Below, one piece after another: positions 52,975 to 64,000 of a DNA stretch of 64,000 bases. Origin of the DNA: Octopus vulgaris. Its lineage: Eukaryota. Both the position numbers and the translations under genes were made by a program. Below the pieces are notes generated by a model. That model was given only the letters and a program-made list of their open reading frames with translations, did no database searches and was not told the DNA's origin. How positions within the stretch are numbered: the first letter of the stretch is position 1; the number at the start of each line of letters is the position of its first letter. Location: positions 15,128,001 to 15,192,000 of the forward strand of contig OX597817.1 of NCBI GenBank assembly GCA_951406725.2, given 5' to 3'.

Positions 52975-53236
52975 TGAACACCTTTTTGATCTCCATGTGT
53001 CTAACACACGTGGACATGCCTACAAAGTCAGAAAACAACACAGCTCCCATGACTTTCGGAAACATTTCTTCACGCTCAGAGTTGCTGAAGCATGGAATAA
53101 ACTACCTGCGTCAGTTGTTGACTGCCATGACACTGCATCCTTTAAGGCCCTCATGCTTTCCGAAACCGTCGAAACTACACCTGATTATATATGCACTTTA
53201 GATGAGTTGTAGTGCACCTGAGCACTGTACACAATG

Positions 53237-53275
<39 letters not shown>

Positions 53276-53276
53276 T
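52975..53276 (+). mobile_element. CR1 LINE 3' end with (ATT)n tail; related 3' end at about 36390..36586
   Basis: SNTRGHAYKVRK...RKHFFTLRVAEAWNKLPASVV...SFK; shared terminal GTGCACCTGAGCACTGTA. Confidence 0.85.
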
Positions 53277-54339
53277 AACTTTGTAAAAGAGTGACTTAGA
53301 AAAATGGACAACAAAACCTAATGAATGATGAGACTTGAGCCACATTTTGTATAAATTTAAATGATTACAAATGGGAAAAAAAAAACAGCAAATCAGTTTT
53401 GAGATTATTTTACAGATTTTAATGACAACATTTCAACACAATGAATGTGTGTAAGGCTTTTGGGAGGAGGGTTCTTCTGCCTTCTAAACCTAAATAGAGA
53501 GACTCATGGGTAATTAGGGAGGATTGTGAGTGCTAAGGATGGGGATTGGAAAACAACATCTGCAGAAAGTCAGTAAAAAGTCTCTCTTCTTAACAACTGT
53601 GATTTGAAATTAGGGAATGGGTTAGAGTAGTCATTTTTTTATATATATGACTAGTTTGTTGACCAGCAGAGCAGAGCATTACTAGTGGTTATTGTTGGTT
53701 AGTTCCCAGCAGTTAGTTTGAGTTTTTACCAACTAGTTGTACATCTTTTTTTCTTTTTTCTTTTTTGCACATACAATACACATATTCACACACAAACACA
53801 CACACTCAATGAGATTCAAACTTAATAGTGGGTGGGTAGTGGGTGGTTAAACAATGTGTGTATCATTGTGTGCAGTTGATAGAGTGTTGTACATAGGCAT
53901 ACTTATGAATGTATAAATAGTACACCACATATTGGAAAGAGATAAACAGAAAGATCAGGTGAGTGAATTTCAGTGTTTCAACATATTTGACTCTAAATTT
54001 TTAACAACTAGGAACAAAAGGTATATTTCTATCTCATTTCATCCCCCATATCCCTATATATATATCTTGCAAAGTTTCTTTGCTTCTCAAATCACTGAAA
54101 CCAATTTAACAATCTATATGCCTTGTACTGCCAGCAGAAAATGACTCAAGAATTGATAGATGATTGGGTGGGAATAGGGGAGGTAGATGGGAGGCCATTA
54201 GAAAAGACGATCTAAAATAAAGGAGAATGAAATACATAAAACAACAACAACAACAAAAACAATAACAAATAAATGGATGGATTAAAGAGATGCTTCTAAC
54301 AATATTTTCTTATCAATGAGAAGTTTATAATAGTAGTGG

Positions 54340-54388
54340 GAGAGAGAGAGAGAGAGTGATAGAAAAAGAATGGGAGAGAGTGAGAGAA

Positions 54389-54452
<64 letters not shown>
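54340..54452. repeat. (AG)n microsatellite in the presumed R3HDM 3' UTR
   Basis: Directly visible. Confidence 0.95.
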
Positions 54453-54458
<6 letters not shown>

Positions 54459-54975
54459 AGTAAGACCAGAGAAGAGAACTGAATGAGAAATATAGTAAGA
54501 AGTTATAGAGAATTAGCAGTATCCAACAGTAGCTGGCAGTGCCGAGTGCAGCTATCTTAGCCATTGACACTCAGACTGGAAGCAGTATCCTTTCTACGAG
54601 GTTCAGGAAATTGATATGTACAGAAAGTATGTACACAGACAATATCACAACTGAGAAATAAGGTGTCAACAATCAATTTACTGGAATTGGTGAAAATACA
54701 TTTTTTTTTTTTTTTCCTCTCTCTTATCTTCTGTCTGCATTTTAAATAAACTAAAATGTTGAAAACAAGATTTTGATAAAATAGTGTAGAGGGATAAAGG
54801 GTTAGAAATGATTTTCTAGACAGAGTGTAATTGATTTGGTCTTGAGTGAATGATTTCAGTAAGTCTGTGCATGAACTATGGAAAAAAAAAAACAAAAAAA
54901 AAAAACATCCAAAATTTTCTCTCTCCTTAAATAAAATATTAAGATATCCTATAAAAATAAACGTGGTATTCTTTC

Positions 54976-55283
54976 TTATCGTTCAGATTTTTGACCAATA
55001 GAGTCTCTGGACACTGTTGACCTTAATTTATATCTTCCACTCGGGATGCTCTGAAGTACATGAGTTGCACACAGTGCATTAGGGAATATTGCCAGGATAG
55101 TTTTACAATCAGAAACTTGCAGGTTGCTTGTGTCGGTGTTAGAAAGCTGACTGCTATCATGTGGGACATAATGTAGGGTGACCCCCTGACAGGTCAAATC
55201 TTTTAATAGTTTTTCAACTTCTCCTTGACGAAGCTTTGGACAGAGATCATATACTTCCAAAACATTACTTCCTGCAACATTCC
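54976..55283 (-). CDS. R3HDM-like last coding exon (C-terminal RRM-like domain)
   Basis: tacag|GGAATGTT...CGATAA; ORF 54976..55296. Confidence 0.88.
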
Positions 55284-58200
55284 CTGTAGAAAACACAGTA
55301 AGAGAAATGATACATTCATTAGAAATTAAAAAGAAAAAAAAAAAAAGAAAAGAAAAAGGAATATTTGATTTCTAACAAACTTTTTAAATATGAACTGTAT
55401 ATATAGTAATGAACCAGGATTACAATGAAAGAATTAAAACTATTTTTCTAAGTAAGGATTAGCTGATACCGTTATGGTGTTTGCATTCAAAAGATTACAC
55501 TATATTATATGTGAAATGTAGGAGTTACGGAGATGTACTTGCATAGCAAGTGATTTGATCTGAGATCGTGTGCTGGAACGAAAACAATTGCAGCATGGAA
55601 GGTGTTTGTAAGCCATTTAAGAGACACACATATTCCGTTCGATTCACTTCAACATTTAAGTTTAATTTGTCAAAATATTTTCGTCGCTAAAATCCGCGAC
55701 CTGTTCACTGACAAAAATCCATGCTGCATCACGGATTTTTGTCAGTGAACAGGTCGCGGATTTTAGCGACGAAAATATTTTGACAAATTAAACTTAAATG
55801 TTGAAGTGAATCCAACGGCTTTTGTGTGTTTCTTAAATGGCTTACAAACACCTTCCACGCTGCAATTGAAATGTAGGAGGATGGTTGTTTATTCACTTCA
55901 ATATTTTACTAAAAAAACCATGAAGAATGTTATGATTTTTAATGTATATGGTATTAAGAAAGTTCATTTAGAAAATTCAAGTGGATTACACAAATAAAAC
56001 TGATCCTAGTGGAATAAAGTCAAAGTCAACTCAAGAAAAATAAATTCAATATATTTTTTGAAAATTTCAAAATTCATGTAACTTCATAACTGTGCGACAT
56101 AAATGATATGAATTTATCAAGTAGAGTAGCATAGCCTGTCTATGGATACAACATAATACCAGTGGCAACATTTGAAATTGTCACATTTGGGTCATTAAAC
56201 CACCATCTTACAAACTAAACAACTGCTTTTGATTGCATAAGTTGATTAACAGATTATTATATTTGGTTTTCATATCAAGGGCTGTGAAGCGGCATAAATA
56301 GTAGGTAGGAAGTCACAGTGAATGCCTCAATGTATTTAGTTCCGTCCACCTAAGTTCTAAGTGAAAATTCTGCCATGGATGACTTTGTCTTTTGTTCTTC
56401 TAAGATCAATAAAGTATCAGCCACATACTTAAGTTAATCTGACAGACCAAACTCATTCTTTTCCCCCAAAAGCCTTATGATTAACCCTTTAGCATTTAAA
56501 CCAGCCATATCCGGCCAAAAATATTCTGCCTGTTTTATGTTCAAACTGGCCAGATCTGGTCTCTCACACCAACCCTACAATATCGTTTTAAAAATTAACA
56601 GCTACCTCATCAAAATCTCATAGCTACAAGATAATGCATGATTAGTTCAAAATAATGTGGATGAAGAAGCATTAATTTTGGCAGAATAATGCGAACACTA
56701 AAGGGTTAAATGTAAGAAATTACATATCTCTCTATAGTATAAATAATATATTGTAATTAAATTTATCTACGGAAATGAAAGTAAATTTCCAAATAAATTA
56801 GATGCTGAAAGAAATGCGTTTCATACCTCTTGAGTCTGCGTCATTACCAGTAGATGATTGGTTCCCTGTGCAACAGTCTTTGCTAATACCACGTGGTGAT
56901 TTTTTGTTTTTAACTTTATTTCCAATAGAGTTATTAGTGTTACCAACAACCCCAAAGCTGCTGTTATACTGGCAGTTTGGAGGACTGAAACGACAGAGCA
57001 AGAAAAGAAAAGAAGACAATGATAGCAGTGCCTGCAAATAGCAAAAAGACAAAGTTGGAAGAAATGCTACAACATAAAAGAATATTAGGAAATGACATGA
57101 TATTCTGGTCAGCTAGTCCATACACAAATTGAACAGGTAAATTTACAAATCCTTTGTATTGCACTTTCGTTATATTTATAATGACAAAATAGAAAAATTT
57201 AGCTAAACTACATTTATCTTTCTTTAATGTTTGTTTTTTAAGGATTAACCTAATCATAATTATCTTTATAGATTTCCTGGGGGTTCTTAGTCAAACATCT
57301 TTTGAAGAAGACCACATCAGGAATTTTGCAGAACAAATATATAAATGTAAAAAAGATAACATGTTTTATCAGAATGTTTTACATAAATATTGAAAAATGA
57401 GAAAAAAAAAAAAAGACCTTAATTATAAAACTAGATTGAAGAAATGAATAATTGAATTGTTATAGAAATCTAATTTGATTTTTTTAATTTACAAGGAAGA
57501 AAGAAATAGCTTGATTGTTCAAAGAGGAAGAAGGAAAACAATACCGAGTTCGTTGATGATTCAATGGTAAAGGTTGAACTTGTGGGCGGAATCCTGATGG
57601 ACTAATGAACCGCAAAGAATCCGCTGTCAATTACAAGAGAACATAATTTATGAGTAAGTCTGCAGGGTGAAAAAAAGGGGATAGGTGTGTTTGTGTATGT
57701 GTGTGTTTTTAGGTGAGCATTGGATTACAATTAAAAGGTTAGAATTTGAGATTTTCAATCAGAAATGAAAAAAATAAAAAAGTTTTAGGCTACTTATTTG
57801 AAAAATGTTTCAAGCTATAATTTTATAATCTTTTTTAATAATTTTTACTCAGATATTATTTTTCTTTTTCTCTTTACATAAAATGTTTTTCTTAGTTAAT
57901 TATCCTGTTAGTGGGCAGTTTATATCTCCCTTATAGGCTAAACTGATTTGGTATTTTGTTTTTTTTATCATTAACAGATTTTTTTTCTTTCCATATATAC
58001 AGATTTAAAAAACAAAAACTTCATCACAAAAATTTTAATACAAACAAATTTCAAGTTAACACTTGGACTGAATGCCTTACAATAATATTTAGTAATATAT
58101 TTTGTGAACTTAGTTCAAATTCCTGGATCAACTGTCTTTCATCCTACTAAGATTGGTGATGGTAACATACACTGGTTTGGTTGGGTCAACCAACTGTTCC

Positions 58201-61200
58201 CGCTTCTCTGTAAATGTTTACATTGAGGCTAATCAATATCTACTGGTTGTAATCTATTTATAATTCCAGGTTGTAACTATTTTCATGTTGTTCATGTCAC
58301 AAAGGGTATGGGTTCACAAGATTTCTTCTTACAAGACCAATTGTAGAGTCAGAATTTTCCGTGTCTGAGATATACAAAGCAAAGTCTTGTCTAAACTTCA
58401 CATATGAATGATTGATTAGTGTGGCCTCTAAGCTCTTTTACTTGTTTCAGTCATTTGACTGCGGCCATGCTGGAGCACCACCTTTAGTCGAGCAAATCGA
58501 CCCCGGGACTTATTCTTTGTAAGCCCAGTACTTATTCTATCGGTCTCTTTTGCTGAACCGCTAAGTGACGGGGACGTAAACACACCAGCATCGGTTGTCA
58601 AGCAATGCTAGGGGGACAAACACAGACACACAAACATATACACACACACTTATATATATATACATATATACGACAGGCTTCTTTCAGTTTACCAAATCCA
58701 CTCACAAGGCATTGGTCAGCCTGGGGCTATAGCAGAAGACACTTGCCCAAGATGCCACGCAGTGGGACTGAACCAGGAACCATGTGGTTGGTTAGCAAGC
58801 TACTTACCACACAGCCACTCCTGCGCCTATGAAATTTTTGTAGAAACATATTGAATCTAGTTAAGATTATATTTCATTCATCTGCTTAGAATAAGTTAGA
58901 TATTAGACGCAGTAAAATACTGTATCAAGGAAATGGCCTGTTTTATTGTGTTCAAAATGCTGTTCACTAATGTCACTAACTGAAATACCTTGATTTACAG
59001 ATGAAATTATTCATAGAAAGTAAAAGGCAAATATGTAATTTATATATAATGTATTAAGGACATCTTTTTATGTATATCATGTCATACACATATACTTGCA
59101 AATTTTGCGACAAGTTATACTCTAAAGTAAAATCTAGACACCTTGTCCCAAGCCACCATTCAATTATTACAGCTTTAACCTCTACTGCTAAATCACATCA
59201 CTTTTTTTTACATACCTGTGTCTATGTCATTATCACAGAGAGAATAATCTATCTTTTTAAAAATATGTTGGATGAAATTGCTTATATATATATATATTTC
59301 TTTACTACCCACAAGGGGCTAAACACAGAGGGGATAAACAAGGACAGACAAACGGATTAAGTCGATTACATCGACCCCAGTGCGTAACTGGTACTTAATT
59401 TATCGACCCTGAAAGGATGAAAGGCAAAGTTGATCTCGGCGGAATTTGAACTCGGAACGTAACGACAGACGAAATACGGCTACGCATTTCGCCCAGCGTG
59501 CTAACGTTTCTGCCAGCTCGCCACCCTATATATATATATGTATATGTATGAAAAACACAAACTCACCAGTATTTGATCTTAGCATGGTTCCAGTACCAGG
59601 TGCAGCAACATTAGCTGTATTATTAACAAATTCCTTATTACAAACATGAGTATGCTCAGACAGTGCAGAGTCCATATTTCCACAGGGGGGCCCACTGTTA
59701 CTATTTGCTTCCCCTCCACAACTGGTGCTACCTGAGGCAACCTTTGACTGCAGTCGGCTGAGATCGGTGAAATTCTTGATGCAGATTGGAGTAGTATGCA
59801 TTGGTTGAGCTGCTAGGGCTGTAGCAGAGCTCTGATTATTGGGGGGTGGGGGTGCTGCTGCAGCTGTAGGTGGCAAGGGCACATTTATTTGCATATTTGG
59901 CCGCATCACCGGGTATGATTGAGGAGCTGATGGATGAACTTGGGTTGTGGAAAACTGCATTATTTGAGTATTAGGTGCACGAGGTGGTTGGGCTGGAGCA
60001 TAGTGAGGATAATTATACGGAACATATTGGTTTTGTAGTTGTGTAGCATTAGCGGTAGGACTATTTCCAGTTGGTTGTCCAATACTAATTGGTGGTCCAA
60101 CATTCAAAGGTACATTTGAAGTGGATACAGGAGCTTGACTAGGAGGTGTGGTGGGTCGATATGTTCCAGTACTATTGAAGTTATAACCTATTTGTGGGCT
60201 AGACGCAGCCATTGTATAATATTGTGGAGTTTGAGGGGTGTAGTTATTTTGTCCATAGGATGGATAACTAGATGGGCAAGTGGTATAACCTGGTATTGCA
60301 GAATCAACTTGGCCGACAGTTGGCTGTGGGGCATAATTGGAGTTTGGGTAAGCTTCAGTATTGGGTGGTGATGTGACTGACTGGTAAGGGTAGCTTGGCA
60401 CCCCTGTAATAAAGGGTTGATGATACTGCCCTACGTTAGTAGAGCCAGGTTGACCAGCTGCTGATTGGCTATCTATAGCAACAGCAGTAGGATTCTGACC
60501 TTGTTGTTGGCCAGATGAGAGAAGAGGAACTGGAAGCATGTAGCGGAAAGCTTGTCCGCTGACACCATGAGTAGCTGGGTAGCCCTGTGAATAAATGAAA
60601 CAGAATAATATTAGTTGTAAACTTTTGAAACTGTGTTTAATTTTATAGGATACAAGTCTTCTTGAGATAGCAGACAAACCACTTCAAAGTAAATCCTGAT
60701 GATATCATCATCATTATCATCATTTAGCGTCCGCTTTCCATGCTAGCATGGGTTGGACGGTTCAAATGGGGTCTGGAAAGCCAGAAGGTTGCACCAGGCT
60801 CCAGTCTGATCTGGCAATGTTTCTATGGCTGGATGCCCTTCCTAACGCCAACCACTCCGTGAGTGAGTTAGTGGGTGCTTTTTACGTGCCACCGGCATGG
60901 GGACCAGGCGAGGCTGGCAATAGCCATGATCAGATGGTGCTTTTTACGTGCCACCAGCACGAAGGACCAGTCGGGGCAGCGCTGGCAACGGCCACGATCG
61001 GATGGTTCGCTTACATACCACCAGCACTGGTATCACAGCTGCAATTTCCATTCATGTTGATCGACTTCGATTTTGGTTCTGATTTCCACTTGCCTTAACG
61101 GGTCTTCACAAGTGGAGTTTTGTGTCCCAAGAAGGAAAGCTATGCATAAGTCGACTGACTACATCCCAGGTAGAGGCCACGGGTTATGGTCTCACTAGTC

Positions 61201-62723
61201 CTGCTGGGTCTTCTCACGCACTTGGAATAAGACCACTAAGACATCAATATTAAAATAGGACAGAAATATTAAAATGAGGCGAAGGACTTCATTTGAAGAG
61301 TACTGTTATATTTCATTGAGGTTTGCATCCTTCACCAATGTACATTATTAAAAGACACACACACTCATACAAATATGTATAACAAATTTCTATACAATTT
61401 CTGTCTATCATATTCTTTCCACAAAATATTGGTCAATTTAAGGCTACATCCCAAAGCCCCATGATTGCATAGCAAACTTCATAACTATACAGCTATAATA
61501 CATAAACCATTCTAGCAGAGCTATACCTATTTCTTTATTACCCACAAGGGGCTAAACACAGAGGGGACAAACAAGGACAGACATAAGTATTAAGTCGATT
61601 ACATCGACCCCAGTGCATAACTGGTTATATTTAAAAAGGATTGAAAGGCAAACTCAGAGCATCGGTGGAATTTGAACTCACAATGTAACGCAGACAAAAA
61701 TACCGCTAAGCATTTCGCCCGGCGTGCTAATGTTTCTGCCAGCTTGCCGCCTATTCTAGCAGAGCTATACCAATCTTGTTCTCAAATTTCTCCTTATTTT
61801 TTAAAAATTCTTGGTTAGACCTTTGCTCCACAACAAAAAGAACAGTGTATTCCAACTGTGACCTTACCTGTTGATATGCAGCAGTAGGTTGAGTACAACT
61901 AGTTTGTACTTGGTTTGTAGCAGTGGAATTACCGTATAAAATTTGCCTCGATGCACCTGGTAGTTCATTAAGACTATCAGTCTGTTGTTGCTGCTGTTGT
62001 TGTTGCTGCTGTTGCTGCTGCTGCTGCTGTTGCTGTTGTTGTTGTTGCTGACTCAAACTTACTGATCCTAACTGTTGTGATAATTCAGTCATTCCATTGG
62101 AATCCTGCTCAAATATTCAAACAATTATGAACAGATATGATATATTCTGTTTACACACACACACAGATATATATATATATATATATATACAAGATAAGAA
62201 AATGGAGAAATACATCTAAATCAAATATCAATTACCAGATAATACTCAATCACATACTTTATTAAACCACCACATAAGAGACTGTAGGGTTAAATATAAA
62301 AAGCAGAACAAATCAGTGTACATAAAGGAATGTACATAAAAAAGTGTACATAAAAGAGTAATGTTGTATAATAAGTAGAATATATATAAAAAAGAGAATA
62401 TAAATATAAGTATAGATTACATCTTACAGCTGTTTCGGCCATGTAGATAAGTATGTCTCATTTTACCAATATTAGCCAATAAAGTATGTGATTGAGTATT
62501 ATCTGATAATTGATATTTGATTTAGATGTATTTCTCCATTTTCTTATCTTGTATTAGTAATTTGTGGTAAATCATTTTACCTTTGCCCATATAATACAAT
62601 AAATGAATTGATTGCATCGCAATCCTTAACATTTATGTATTAACTTTGTTGGGTACTTCACTAGCAGTATATTGGATATATGTTATCCATTAGAGGGTTG
62701 CATTTACAACCCCTATCTCAATT

Positions 62724-62759
<36 letters not shown>

Positions 62760-64000
62760 CTTGTTATCAAAGAATATATTTATATGTATTGTAGTATTTT
62801 GTGACAACCAGTAACTAACACAACCAAGCTTTTACATGTTACTTTTTGACAATCTTTTTCTAAAAGTGTGAAATCGGTAAAGTAAATAAACATCTTTTAA
62901 AATTGCATTTTCAAACCTTCTTTCATATATAATTCCACTCATGCAGTACCTTACAACTCCACTTTGTTATATATATATACACACACACACACATACATAC
63001 ACATATATGGTATAGATTCATTGCTGTAATGATCATACACACACACAAATGATCCTGTTTTATTAGGATTTATAACTAAGCATCACAAATTTTATTAGAA
63101 TGTATTTATTTAGTGACCTATTTAGAATTTTCTGACTTCAGCTGGCTGCAATGAGTTTCTTTCCAGTAGAAGATATTACTATTTTTGTTCAGTGATACGT
63201 GATTTTGTGGTATATTGTAATTGAATAAAAACTTAATTTTTCTTATAAATTATTCCTCTTTTACTTTTTTACTCATTTACTTGTTTCAGTCATTTGACTG
63301 CGGCCATGCTGGAGCACCACCTTTAGTCGAGCAAATTGACCCCGGGACTTATTCTTTGTAAGCCCAGTACTTATTCTATCAGTCTCTTTTGCCAAACTGC
63401 TAAGTGACGGGGACGTAAACACACCAGCATCGGTTGTCAAGCAATGCTAGGGGGACAAACACACACACACACACAAACACACACACGCGTATATATATAT
63501 ATATACATATACACGACGGGCTTCTTTCAGTTTCCGTCTACCAAATCCACTCACAAGGCTTTGGTCGGCCCGAGGCTATAGTAGAAGACACTTACCCAAG
63601 GTGCCACGCAGTGGGACTGAACCCGGAACCATGTGGTTGGTAAGCAAGCTACTTACCACACATCCGCTCCTGCGCCTATTGAATAAAAACTTAATTTTTC
63701 TTATAAAATTCATTCCACTATTTTAAAAATAATTAGATGTGGAAAAGAACATTGATGACAATTGCAGAGCTTAAGTTATGTTTATTAAAATATTTTCTGC
63801 ATGTATGAGAAAGAGAGAGAGAGAGAGTGTGTGTATGAGTGAGATACTAAAAAAACCCAAATGGGGAAGAACCTTACAGGATATTGTCGAGCATCCATGA
63901 CAAATTGGTGTTGAGAAAAGATAGGAGGTCCAGCAGGACTGAAAGAAACAGATGCAGGAAGAGTTTGATTGGGATTGTGTCTGTAGATAGTCCCATCTGC
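54976..64000 (-). CDS. R3H domain-containing protein (R3HDM1/R3HDM2/ARPP21/encore family), 3' portion; complement(join(54976..55283,56827..56984,57545..57623,59567..60584,61868..62104,63878..>64000))
   Basis: Six exons with matching phases (1923 nt, in frame). ADGTIYRHNP resembles the NPDGS/T..YNP motif of this family. There is a long Q/P/Y/S low-complexity region. The C-terminal domain VLEVYDLCPKLRQGEVEKLLKDL...TILAIFPNALCATHVL...YKLR resembles the R3HDM1/2 C-terminus. The R3H/SUZ domains would lie beyond the window. Confidence 0.82.
55525..55866. mobile_element. Palindromic Penelope-like-derived insertion with hammerhead motif and 13-bp TSD
   Basis: Arms 55585..55720 and 55733..55868; TGAAATGTAGGAG at 55512..55524 and 55867..55879. 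Confidence 0.8.
55738..55787 (+). ncRNA. Minimal type I hammerhead ribozyme motif, G3:C8 variant; mirror copy on - strand at 55666..55715
   Basis: UUUGUCA-GUGAACA-G-GUCGC(GGAUUUUA)GCGAC-GAA-AAUAUU-U-UGACAAA. Confidence 0.65.
56481..56709. mobile_element. piggyBac-type MITE, family 2; other copies at 4712..4986 (with an inserted RTE tail at 4922..4967) and about 16205..16421
   Basis: TTAA|CCCTTTAG...CTAAAGGG|TTAA; highly similar internal sequence between copies. Confidence 0.88.
56827..56984 (-). CDS. R3HDM-like coding exon
   Basis: Long pyrimidine tract, then ttcag|TCCTCCA...AGAG|gtatga; PPNCQYNSSFGVVG...NDADSR. Confidence 0.82.
57545..57623 (-). CDS. R3HDM-like 79-nt coding exon (not in ORF track)
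   Basis: gacag|CGGATTC...ACTCG|gtattg; DSLRFISPSGFRPQVQPLPLNHQRTR; its phases (1 in, 2 out) fit both neighbours. Confidence 0.8.
59567..60584 (-). CDS. R3HDM-like 1018-nt low-complexity coding exon
   Basis: cacag|GGCTAC...ACTG|gtgagt; core of ORF 59526..60677. Confidence 0.9.
61868..62104 (-). CDS. R3HDM-like coding exon with Q23 tract
   Basis: agcag|GATTCC...CAACAG|gtaagg; DSNGMTELSQQLGSVSLS(Q23)TDSLNE... Confidence 0.88.
62187..62554. repeat. 77-bp inverted repeat in a (TA)n-flanked PLE-like cassette (about 62167..62756)
   Basis: 62187..62263 vs 62478..62554, one mismatch seen. Confidence 0.88.
63878..64000 (-). CDS. R3HDM-like coding exon, runs off the window edge
   Basis: ADGTIYRHNPNQTLPASVSFSPAGPPIFSQHQFVMDARQYP|gtaagg; phase 0. 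Confidence 0.82.

Noticed and set aside
56985-57052. Hydrophobic extension ALLSLSSFLFLLC from an upstream acceptor at 57032
   Set aside because: This is the polypyrimidine tract of the acceptor at 56985; using it after the phase-2 exon would shift the frame.
59526-60677. 383-aa ORF as a stand-alone gene
   Set aside because: Bounded by splice sites at 60585 and 59566 with phases matching adjacent exons; the ORF ends are intronic.

Overview
AT-rich, intron-rich eukaryotic genomic DNA, most likely an octopus (coleoid cephalopod). The species call is an inference from the SINE/RTE repeat families and the (TA)n/(CAT)n microsatellite load. Two convergent protein-coding genes can be rebuilt by hand from GT-AG exons. 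(1) VPS4, the ESCRT AAA-ATPase, on the + strand: 11 coding exons from 4333 to 31896 (1341 nt, in frame). Its short first exon was not found and is probably upstream of the window. (2) The 3' part of an R3HDM1/R3HDM2/ARPP21/encore-family RNA-binding protein gene on the - strand: 6 exons from 64000 to 54976 (1923 nt, in frame, with a Q23 tract). Most other ORF-track entries are artefacts of repeats: three or four tRNA-derived SINE families, RTE and CR1-type LINE fragments, piggyBac elements and MITEs, Helitrons and Penelope-like remnants. Best leads: a TSD-flanked long palindrome in the last R3HDM intron carrying a minimal hammerhead ribozyme with a G3:C8 core swap on both strands; further minimal hammerhead cassettes; a C4HC3 PHD finger inserted inside the RT region of the local RTE LINE; modular double-hairpin arrays in that LINE's 3' UTR; and a frame-coupled set of alternative splice sites in the VPS4 linker.
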